IMG/VR virus record: IMGVR_UViG_3300034073_003340
Coordinates: 310,001-374,000 of that record
Length of the DNA: 64,000 nt
Strand: one strand, 5' to 3'
A program made the translations under genes and the position numbers. The notes beneath the pieces were generated by a model. The model saw nothing but the letters and a program-made list of their open reading frames with translations. It was not told the origin of the DNA and searched no databases. Of this stretch, positions 14,344 through 22,034 are shown in pieces (position 1 is the stretch's first letter; every line of letters starts with the position of its first letter).

Positions 14344-14431
14344 TGGAGGACCAGGTGGGGTTCGAACCCACAAGGGACTTTCATCCGTCGCATTAAGAGT
14401 GCGGTGAGCCAACCAACTGCTCAACTGGTCC
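14344..14431 (-). tRNA. tRNA-Lys(CTT) with a long variable arm
   Basis: CT-CTT-AA, GGA-TGAAAG-TCC variable stem, CCA. Confidence 0.8.
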
Positions 14432-14436
14432 ATGAT

Positions 14437-14573
14437 CAACGGGCAAGTGGTGAAAAGGATGTTTTTCCCGGCTTTACCAATTTGCCTATCCCCCGTCAAT
14501 GGTCGGGGGAGGAGGACTTGAACCTCCAAACAGGGTCTCCTAATGACGATAACCCTTATCAATCGGCCCGTTG
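14437..14573 (-). ncRNA. Y-RNA-like element F enclosing a permuted tRNA-Leu-like module (TAG)
   Basis: CAACGGGC-CGA...GGGTTATC / CTTGCCCGTTG; TCCCCCG-A-CCA-TTGA-CGGGGGA. Confidence 0.8.
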
Positions 14574-14648
14574 GTCTAGGTGAGAGGATTCGAACCTCCA
14601 ATCCCTTGCTCCCGAAGCAAGTGCCTTACCAGATTAGGCCACACCTAG
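14572..14648 (-). tRNA. tRNA-Pro(CGG)
   Basis: CTTGC-TTCGGGA-GCAAG, CCA. Confidence 0.92.
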
Positions 14649-14679
14649 ATGATAGTTTACCGACATTTCGGTCAATATC

Positions 14680-14756
14680 TGGCTCCCAATGTAGGACTCG
14701 AACCTACAGCATCGACGTTAACAGCGTCGCTCCCCTACCGACAGGGACCATTGGGA
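14680..14756 (-). tRNA. tRNA-Asn(GTT)
   Basis: CGACG-CTGTTAA-CGTCG, CCA. Confidence 0.9.
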
Positions 14757-14780
14757 ATGGAATAAACCACTTTGGTTTAT

Positions 14781-14852
14781 TGGTGGAGCATAAGAGAATC
14801 GAACTCTTCCTACCGCGGTGCAAGCGCAGCGACTAGACCCACTAGATGCCCC
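14781..14852 (-). tRNA. tRNA-Ala(TGC), short D-arm
   Basis: G3:U70, CT-TGC-AC, CCA, 72 nt. Confidence 0.8.
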
Positions 14853-14920
14853 AAAAGGGATTGCCCGCCCCATCGGGTTTGTCCGCATTAGGCTAACTTT
14901 CAGGACTTGTTAGCTAACAG

Positions 14921-14989
14921 TGGATATCTTGGACTCGAACCATTTTCTCCAGCTAGACGCTGGCGCATTACCATATATGCTACCAATCC
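14921..14989 (-). pseudogene. degenerate tRNA with a 5-nt loop containing CTA
   Basis: CCAGC-GTCTA-GCTGG, D-arm and T-loop present, weak acceptor. Confidence 0.45.
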
Positions 14990-14992
14990 ATT

Positions 14993-15069
14993 TGGTCGGG
15001 ATAGCAGGACTCGAACCTGCGACCTCTTGTCCCCCAGACAAACGCGCTACCAGGCTGCGCTATACCCCG
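14993..15069 (-). tRNA. tRNA-Pro(GGG)
   Basis: CT-GGG-GG, C1-G72, CCA. Confidence 0.92.
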
Positions 15070-15506
15070 ATGATTTGGCCTTTTGTTTGTGATATGCGAA
15101 ATATATTCCCTGGCACTTCAGGGTGATCCGCATGAGGAAGGATTACTCCTTTCCCCTGTGCCTAAAGAACGGCGCATCACTACACCGTCCAATTTTTACT
15201 CCCACGTTCTCTCCGTGGTTTCATCCTTGGCCCGCCCATATGGGTTTATTTTAAGTGGCTATCCCGCAGTCTCGTTCCGCATATACCACTTGACAATTCA
15301 GGGAACCTGCACTAGGCATTTTCCTTGAAAGGTCGATCTATATCACACTAAGAAACTTTCGTTCCTTGGTGCTACGTCGTTGTGCCTTGTGGACATCAAC
15401 TCCGTTTTTGAGTTTAGCAGCTTCTTTTTGCTGTGTCAACAACTTTTTTGTTGCTGCTAAACTTTTTTGTTTGTGCCTTCTGCGCTAGCATCGGGCGGTT
15501 AAAAGG

Positions 15507-15533
15507 AAAGCCCCGGTAGTTTCCTACCGGGGC
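15507..15533 (-). terminator. intrinsic terminator
   Basis: GCCCCGGTAG/CTACCGGGGC followed by a T-rich tract on the minus strand. Confidence 0.65.
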
Positions 15534-15566
15534 CTTGTTTCCTTTTATGGGATGGACTTTTTGGAG

Positions 15567-15770
15567 TTATCCTCCGTGTCCCTCCTGGAAACTGGCCCCG
15601 GTCGTATCAAGATTCGCAGGCTTATTATAACCGACGAGTGTCCCGACTGGGCGGGTAATTTGTTCGCTACGCTGCCATTCGGCGCCCATAGCGGAGGCGG
15701 TAAACAACACGGCTTTCAGGCCGGCCTTTCCGCATTCCATATGGGTTCCAATATGCGACATAGAAATCAA
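15567..15770 (-). CDS. possible small late protein
   Basis: TATAAATA upstream, GAGG SD and a downstream terminator; no recognisable motif. Confidence 0.35.
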   Translation of the reverse strand: MISMSHIGTHMECGKAGLKAVLFTASAMGAEWQRSEQITRPVGTLVGYNKPANLDTTGASFQEGHGG

Positions 15771-15958
15771 TTACCTCAAATTCTGTGATGCCCGAATTGG
15801 CATCTGTGTTTCTATTTATACTGAACGATTCATTCGTCAAGCACAAAATGACCACAAAGCAAAAAAGTTTTCTACTTTGCTTCCAAGGGGCTTAATGTAC
15901 TCCTTGGACTTTAGTTGCAAGCCCTTAGAAAAATAAATTTCAAAGCCTACAACCTTTG

Positions 15959-16031
15959 TGGAGAATATCGGACTCGAACCGATCACCTACGCCTTGCAAA
16001 AGCGTCGCTCTCCCAGATGAGCTAATCCCCC
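15959..16031 (-). tRNA. tRNA-Ala(TGC)
   Basis: G3:U70, TT-TGC-AA; ends CAA. Confidence 0.9.
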
Positions 16032-16195
16032 TTGGTTGCTATAGTCTCCCCGACCCTCCGGGTATAACCTCGCTTCTCGCTTGGTGCCTATAGCTAGAGC
16101 ATCTAGTAAGCTAATGCTGTTCTGCTGCTCTATGTTCCCAATATACTGAAGTCCGTAGCCTAGGGCAATAACTTTTTCAGCTTCTACAAATCTAT

Positions 16196-17254
16196 TTATA
16201 CCTGGTTAATTTCTATAAGCTCAAAAGCTAGCAAAACCCTATTTCTATCAACCAGTGCCTTTATGAACTGCTGAGTGGCATTTTCCCATGTAAACTTTTC
16301 GCTATGAGCCACAACGTCCCAGCGAGGAATAACAGAGCAAACATTGATAGCCATGGCCAAGTCGTCATGGGTATATCCATTGAAGCATCCTTCAATTATA
16401 TCCTTGGGACCAGTAACCGGATAGGCAGCAACCGGCGTTCCACAACGCATTGCTTCAATCATGACTAATCCAAAGGTATCTGACTTACTGGGGAAAACAA
16501 ACACATCAGCATAACTGTACCAACGCGCCAGATCTTCACCTTGTTTAGATCCCAAAAATATCACATCAGGATATTTGGCCTTATAGGTTTCCAACATTGG
16601 CCCATCGCCGATTTGGATTTTTGTTCCAGGCATCTTGAGTTCATAAAAAGCTTCAAGATTCTTTTCAACGCTAACACGACCAACATTGAGATAAAATGGG
16701 CGTGGCATATCCTCAGATTTCATAGGTGATCTTTCCCGAGGATAAAACAATTTGGTATCGACACCTCGCCCCCAAACAATGAGCTTGTGCTCAGGGAAAC
16801 CATGAGAGATCATTTCTTCTTTCATGGATTTGGTTGTGACTAGAATATAGGAATCATTGCGGTAAACATGACGAAGCCACTTCCATGCGAGATTTTTACC
16901 AAATCCAACGCGGGCTTCAATATACTCAGCAAATTTGGTATGGAAACTTGATGACCATTTTTCCCCTCGACGCTTTAAGATTTTACGCATGGAGAGACCA
17001 AGCGGGCCTTCGGTGGCAATATGAACCATAGCGGGGTTTTCAGCAGCAAGAAAACTCTCGAGCACTGCTGATGGAAAAAGGGCAAGACGTATCTCGGAAT
17101 AACCAGGGCACGGGATATTTCTGAATAGTCCAGGATGGACTACCTTGACACGATATCCCTGATTCTTCAATTCTTTTATTGTATTCTTAAGGGTAGTAAC
17201 CACCCCATTGACTTGAGGCTCCCAAGCATCGGTTACGATCAGGATTTTCTTCAT
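16196..17254 (-). CDS. GT4 (GT-B) glycosyltransferase, Agt-like glycolipid synthase
   Basis: VTDAWEPQVNGVV, HIATEGPLG, VGRVSVEKNL and SDTFGLVMIEAM..G.PV motifs. Confidence 0.85.
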   Translation of the reverse strand: MKKILIVTDAWEPQVNGVVTTLKNTIKELKNQGYRVKVVHPGLFRNIPCPGYSEIRLALFPSAVLESFLAAENPAMVHIATEGPLGLSMRKILKRRGEKWSSSFHTKFAEYIEARVGFGKNLAWKWLRHVYRNDSYILVTTKSMKEEMISHGFPEHKLIVWGRGVDTKLFYPRERSPMKSEDMPRPFYLNVGRVSVEKNLEAFYELKMPGTKIQIGDGPMLETYKAKYPDVIFLGSKQGEDLARWYSYADVFVFPSKSDTFGLVMIEAMRCGTPVAAYPVTGPKDIIEGCFNGYTHDDLAMAINVCSVIPRWDVVAHSEKFTWENATQQFIKALVDRNRVLLAFELIEINQV

Positions 17255-18078
17255 TGCTTATCCTCCAAGAGCACAATAGGTTGCTCGTATGTATGAGCTT
17301 CCAAGAGCCCAGCGTTCCAAGTTGCTAGTTCCAGCAGCTTGCCTTCGCGCCATTCAAGAAGGACGAATCGACCATCATGATGTTCCGCAAGGGCTGTTTT
17401 GCTTTCTACAAAATCGCCATCATTCATATAGAGAATGCCGTCGATCATTCTAATCTCAGCATGATGAATATGACCAGCAATGATACCATCATAATTTCTA
17501 ATCTTACATGCTTCTGCCAAACCTTCTTCAAACTTGCCAATAAAACTAGCCGCGTTCTTGACTTTGGTCTTCACGTATTTGCTGAGACTCCAGTAACCCA
17601 TTTTGAACCTACGACGAAACCAATTTAGATAACGATTGATTTCAATAAGAGTAACATAGCCCCAGTCACCCAACTTTGCCAACCATTTGTGATAAGTGGT
17701 GATAATATCGTATAGGTCACCGTGCGTTACTAACATGCGCTTACCAGAAACCGTGGTATAATCGTATTCCTGGACTATCTCAACATCACCGAGCATCAAA
17801 GGTAGGTAATCTCTTACAGTCTCATCGTGATTTCCAGGTATATAGACTACGCGAGTGCCTTTGCGGCTTTTACGTAGGATCTTTTGAACAACTTCGTTGT
17901 GGGCTTTTGGCCAATACCATTTCTTACTCAACTGCCACATATCAATTATGTCGCCGACTAAGAAGAGATTATCGGATTCAGTGTTGCGGAGAAACGCCAA
18001 CAACTCCTGAGCGCTCGCGCCCTTGGTTCCAAGGTGTAGATCAGAGATCCAGATACTTTTGTAAATTTTCGGTTCCAT
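17251..18078 (-). CDS. plcP: metallophosphoesterase, PlcP/LpxH-like
   Basis: ISDLHLG, LVGDIIDMW, WYWP..HNEVVQK, PGNHDE, THGD and GHIH motifs; coupled to the GT4 gene. Confidence 0.7.
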   Translation of the reverse strand: MEPKIYKSIWISDLHLGTKGASAQELLAFLRNTESDNLFLVGDIIDMWQLSKKWYWPKAHNEVVQKILRKSRKGTRVVYIPGNHDETVRDYLPLMLGDVEIVQEYDYTTVSGKRMLVTHGDLYDIITTYHKWLAKLGDWGYVTLIEINRYLNWFRRRFKMGYWSLSKYVKTKVKNAASFIGKFEEGLAEACKIRNYDGIIAGHIHHAEIRMIDGILYMNDGDFVESKTALAEHHDGRFVLLEWREGKLLELATWNAGLLEAHTYEQPIVLLEDKQ

Positions 18079-18162
18079 GCTTCCTAATTAGCTAATTAGG
18101 AAACACAAAATCTATTTTAATGGAATCGTAACAAAGACCCAGTTGCTGATTGAGCATTCAGC

Positions 18163-18408
18163 TCATGAAGTGGTAAACCCTTTTTCATGAAATTTGGCAG
18201 CAATCGTGAGACGCTGGGCAAAGGGAACCTGGATGGTTGCTCGTCCACCATCTTTACAATGTTGGATGATTTTCTTGGCTTCCCTTATGTCACAATTCGT
18301 GATATCACGAATCAACATAGCTAGACCTTTGGTATCAGTCTTTCCATCATGCTTGTGAATCGTCAATTCTGCCATATAACTCATTCCTATGATAGAGACA
18401 GTAGGCAA
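18163..18408 (-). CDS. small protein, possible ribosomal bL12 C-terminal-like domain
   Basis: LIRDITNCDIREAKKII resembles the bL12 helix pattern. Confidence 0.4.
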   Translation of the reverse strand: MPTVSIIGMSYMAELTIHKHDGKTDTKGLAMLIRDITNCDIREAKKIIQHCKDGGRATIQVPFAQRLTIAAKFHEKGFTTS

Positions 18409-18480
18409 GCACTAGCACTAGGACGGAAACAATGTCAGTAATTAATTCCCACATATAGTTCTCCATATACTAAATACTCA

Positions 18481-18648
18481 ATGCGTATTCGAGAATTCCT
18501 ACCGGAGAATTGGTGGAAAGACCTCGATCCTGGTTTTCTTGGGATGATGGGTTATACAGAAGAAACCCAGAAACCCAAAGAAGATCCAGCCGATCTTGTG
18601 TCCAGTGTAGCCAGTGACGTTAAGCAGATTCGCCGTCGTCCCCGCTAA
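18481..18648 (+). CDS. 55-aa late protein absent from the ORF track
   Basis: TAAATA-N4-ATG; MRIREFLPE matches the shared N-terminal motif. Confidence 0.65.
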   Translation: MRIREFLPENWWKDLDPGFLGMMGYTEETQKPKEDPADLVSSVASDVKQIRRRPR

Positions 18649-19060
18649 GCTTTGCTATCCGCCTTGCTTCTGCCCTAGCTGTCGCTTCAGCACCCGTCTT
18701 TTTGAAATGACAAGGCTGACATAACGTCTGAAGGTTGGGCAATTTCCAGTATTCAAGGTCACCATTGCTTTCAATCAATGGCTTCTTATGATCTAAGTGC
18801 CAGACATCTTTGCCCTTACGAGCACATTGATGTCCACACTCCCTACAGATGCCCTTATCTCTTCTATAAACGACCTTACGGGTTACTGCTGGCCAGTGGA
18901 GTATTTTGTATTCCTTGACGCATGATGGGTGCCAATTGGCCCTTTTATTCAGCGTTTGGCCGTCTTTCTTAAAAATCAATTGACCACACCAACGACATTG
19001 TCCCGGTAGTGGGTTATGATAATGCGGAGGCTTTGGTGGTTCTCTATGTGAGCTCATCAC
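18620..19060 (-). CDS. HNH endonuclease
   Basis: CRECG...WHLDHKKPL...NLQTLCQPCHFKKT. Confidence 0.85.
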   Translation of the reverse strand: MMSSHREPPKPPHYHNPLPGQCRWCGQLIFKKDGQTLNKRANWHPSCVKEYKILHWPAVTRKVVYRRDKGICRECGHQCARKGKDVWHLDHKKPLIESNGDLEYWKLPNLQTLCQPCHFKKTGAEATARAEARRIAKLSGDDGESA

Positions 19061-19073
19061 ATATTTATGACAT

Positions 19074-19502
19074 TCAAGCTTTACCTAGGAGCCGTCGAGT
19101 ATCTTCTTTGCTAGGATATTTCTTTAGACTTGTCATTTTCAAAGCCAACTGATACTGTTTCCAAGCTGCGATCACCTGTTCACTTTGAGTTTCTTCACCA
19201 GTCAAAGTGGGCATAAGATCCATCCACACCGCTTCCTCAGACACAAACCTAGGAAACTTTCCTTGAAGTCTTGGCTGAATCAGTTTTCCACTAAGATAGA
19301 GTTCAGTTGCCACATCATAACATCGTCCCTGATCTAGACCCATCAGGTAATCAGGTCGATGAAGATATTCGTCAACCACGTCTTCTATCTGACTGGAGTC
19401 GTAGATAGCCGTTTGGGCAATGACTAGATAGACATCGTCATAATCCACCGTGCCTTTTACAATGTCACGGACACAACGTCCAAAAGAGAATCCTATTTTC
19501 AT
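19074..19502 (-). CDS. hypothetical phage protein
   Basis: Probable start MKIGFSFGRCVRDIVKG. Confidence 0.7.
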   Translation of the reverse strand: MKIGFSFGRCVRDIVKGTVDYDDVYLVIAQTAIYDSSQIEDVVDEYLHRPDYLMGLDQGRCYDVATELYLSGKLIQPRLQGKFPRFVSEEAVWMDLMPTLTGEETQSEQVIAAWKQYQLALKMTSLKKYPSKEDTRRLLGKA

Positions 19503-19509
19503 GCTGATA

Positions 19510-19758
19510 CTATGATGCGACCAGCACCTTTGCGTCAAGATTCTTCTCGAGTTTATCAATAGATTGTAAGATGTTTCTGGTTTGGTTGATCCGCTCACGA
19601 GTCAGCCTATCCCCCAGATCCTGCGCCGCGGCTAAATCATCATCGGTTAATCTGTTCCCAAGACCTTTGAGAACTAAAAGCAATTCCTTTTGTGTAACAT
19701 GGAAATTCCACATGATACTGGCCGTCAGATGACCGTGGTGGATTTTGGTGTCAGACAT
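19510..19758 (-). CDS. hypothetical protein
   Basis: ORF with an SD, in operon context. Confidence 0.65.
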   Translation of the reverse strand: MSDTKIHHGHLTASIMWNFHVTQKELLLVLKGLGNRLTDDDLAAAQDLGDRLTRERINQTRNILQSIDKLEKNLDAKVLVAS

Positions 19759-19868
19759 TTTTCTTCCTCACTATAAAAACTTCTCAGGCTCTTATAATGA
19801 AGTGTGTGAGAATGACGGTTCGTAACACTTTAGATGAATAATATCGATGTGTTGTGCTAAACAAACGA

Positions 19869-20312
19869 TCAGTCGTAATCTATGTCCAATGACAAAACGA
19901 TGACATGGCGTTCAATCCCTGGGGCTGGATTGATCACAACTTCGTGACCCTCACGGCCGCAGGAGATGATATTTCCCTCATAGACAGAACCATCTGATAA
20001 CATCATTCCACCAGGATGAATTTCGCGATCAAGGCAGAGGGACTTTACGACTTTTGTGATCTTGAAAATATGATCCGTGTTATCATCCAAGGTGAAATCG
20101 CAACCCAAAGTGGTAGCTACCTTTCGACGATTGGAGTGATCGGCAATATCGATCAATCTTTCCAAAGCACCATTCACCGGTTTGGCCGGACAAATGTAGG
20201 TTCCGTGCGAAATATTGATATCCATACCAGGAGACATCTCTTCAGCATATGAGATAGGAAGTGTCTGCGAACTCAGAGCAAGAGCAACCAAACCGATCAT
20301 CATATTGGCCAT
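19869..20312 (-). CDS. exported hypothetical protein
   Basis: AGGAGG SD, signal-peptide-like MANMMIGLVALALSS. Confidence 0.6.
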   Translation of the reverse strand: MANMMIGLVALALSSQTLPISYAEEMSPGMDINISHGTYICPAKPVNGALERLIDIADHSNRRKVATTLGCDFTLDDNTDHIFKITKVVKSLCLDREIHPGGMMLSDGSVYEGNIISCGREGHEVVINPAPGIERHVIVLSLDIDYD

Positions 20313-20368
20313 CGATACCTCCTGTATTATCCGTATGCTATGCTCTTCTTGATTTGGGTCAAGAAGTC

Positions 20369-21271
20369 TTAGGCGCAGCTCGTCGCAGCCATCTTGCGAG
20401 ACCAAGAGCGAGCAGTTTTAGTAATACTACTCTTGGCATTAGCAATCTTCTTTTTGGACTGGGCAATCTCCAACTGTCTGAGCTCCTCAGAAAGAGCAGG
20501 GCTTTGACCAATGATGTCTCGAACTTCTTGGCTATAAGCATACAGCAGGCTCAGCTTACAGCGACAAAGCGAACCATCTTTCTTTTTTACCATATAGCCA
20601 TAAAGTTTGGCATTCCGAGGATTGAGACCAGCGATCTCCAAAACTTCCCCCTTGAAGAGAAACTTTATGCCGACCAGAGGATGCTCACCCGTCTTAGTCT
20701 TCATACGGGTTTCAAAAAGATCACCTTCAACAAATTCCTTTTTGGGATTGTTGAATGCCGACAGCGGAACTCGGTGGTTGATAAAGTGTCGACGGAATCG
20801 CTTATAGATTTGACGGAAAAACGCGCCGTGACCCGACTCATATTGGCCAAGCCCTTCAAAAAACAAAGATTTGCCGCATTTTTCAATGAACAACGGATGA
20901 CGACTACCAGCATCCTTCAACATAAACTGAGCAATATGTGAAAGCTCGTGAGCAATGATACCATCCACCGCAATCCGCCAGTCGTTGGTTTCAAAACCTC
21001 CGATCTCACGCGAATCATTATAGCTGGAATATTCAACAAAGGCTCTGATATCTTCCCGAAGATAGTGATAGGACTGAATGAGAATCCTGAAACCTGCGAA
21101 TTGGTTGGACTTTACCAGTCGACGAGCTTGGCCAACCGGACCAGTGGGAACGTCTGCGATTTTGATGAAAAGAGGAACGCAGGGGAACTGGAACTCGTTC
21201 TTCATCCACTCTACCTGTTCAGCTGTGGTCTTTTCCACATGAGCTTTGAACTGGTCCATAGTGGGAAGCAT
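20369..21271 (-). CDS. putative zinc metalloprotease-like protein
   Basis: IIAHELSH (HExxH) and a downstream GHG..F motif as in SprT-like proteins. Confidence 0.5.
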   Translation of the reverse strand: MLPTMDQFKAHVEKTTAEQVEWMKNEFQFPCVPLFIKIADVPTGPVGQARRLVKSNQFAGFRILIQSYHYLREDIRAFVEYSSYNDSREIGGFETNDWRIAVDGIIAHELSHIAQFMLKDAGSRHPLFIEKCGKSLFFEGLGQYESGHGAFFRQIYKRFRRHFINHRVPLSAFNNPKKEFVEGDLFETRMKTKTGEHPLVGIKFLFKGEVLEIAGLNPRNAKLYGYMVKKKDGSLCRCKLSLLYAYSQEVRDIIGQSPALSEELRQLEIAQSKKKIANAKSSITKTARSWSRKMAATSCA

Positions 21272-21335
21272 ATTCGATCTCCTGTTTCTACCTAAGCTTC
21301 CTATTAGCAGAAACAGGTGAGTAGTCAACCTGTTT

Positions 21336-22004
21336 TTAGAATTTTCTTTCTTTTATATAGGCCTTAACCTGTTCGTGAATATGAGAACTTTCCAAGGAGA
21401 TTTGTTCAATCTCTTTGGTCAAACCTTTGACCAGTCGTTCTATTTCATGAATTGATTCAGTATTCATATGGCAGATCTTATCAAACTGACTTTCATCAGA
21501 GCCTAGTCTACCATTAAGCGTTCTTAACGAATAGGCATGGGAATTCAAAGTTCCAATTCTAGATTGCGCAATTGCTCGTTTGGTTTTCAAAATTTGATAG
21601 TCTTGTATATGGGTCTCGAGGGCAACTGGATCTAGATCTCGCCAGGAACCAATATACTTGGTTACGTTTTTGCCGACACGATCATAATTCAGTTTAAACC
21701 ATACAGCATTACTGGCTTCCTCAATCTGGATAATGTGACCATAAAATTCTTCTTGGAGATCCAGCTTTAGAAGAGCTTTTTGGAAGTCATGCTCACCATG
21801 TGGTAGAATTTTATATCGACCCCTGATACCTCTTTTGAGCAATTCTAGATCAAAGTCACCTCGAATGGTACCCTGCTTGTATCGACTCCTGTTATTACGA
21901 TATGAATAGGAATACGGACTTGTATTCGTGGGCGAGTGCCGACTGGCTTGATAAAGAAATAGATGCATGACTCTCTTGTGCAGAATCACCACATGGAAAA
22001 TCAA
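21336..22004 (-). CDS. hypothetical protein with an internal DAxLFKLxW-like motif and coiled coil
   Basis: ASNAVWFKLNYD; start uncertain. Confidence 0.6.
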   Translation of the reverse strand: MIFHVVILHKRVMHLFLYQASRHSPTNTSPYSYSYRNNRSRYKQGTIRGDFDLELLKRGIRGRYKILPHGEHDFQKALLKLDLQEEFYGHIIQIEEASNAVWFKLNYDRVGKNVTKYIGSWRDLDPVALETHIQDYQILKTKRAIAQSRIGTLNSHAYSLRTLNGRLGSDESQFDKICHMNTESIHEIERLVKGLTKEIEQISLESSHIHEQVKAYIKERKF

Positions 22005-22034
22005 TAAATAGGTGAAAATATCTAGGAGGCTCCT

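Noticed and set aside
669-14573. Reading the scaffold as a permuted group I/II intron or a known self-cleaving ribozyme
   Set aside because: It is far too short and lacks group I P7 and group II domain V/VI. It does not fit hammerhead, hairpin, twister or pistol cores as I recall them. The Y RNA pattern fits better.
342-15328. Many 60-160-aa ORFs overlapping tRNA and ncRNA genes (e.g. 342-548, 7587-7811, 12749-12961, 14119-14601)
   Set aside because: They are translations of tRNA sequence (recurrent GSNP and VRVP words) with no SD or protein-like composition.
17251-18078. LpxH (lipid A) annotation
   Set aside because: The WYWP..HNEVVQK segment and coupling to a GT4 gene fit the PlcP subgroup better; not proven without a tree.
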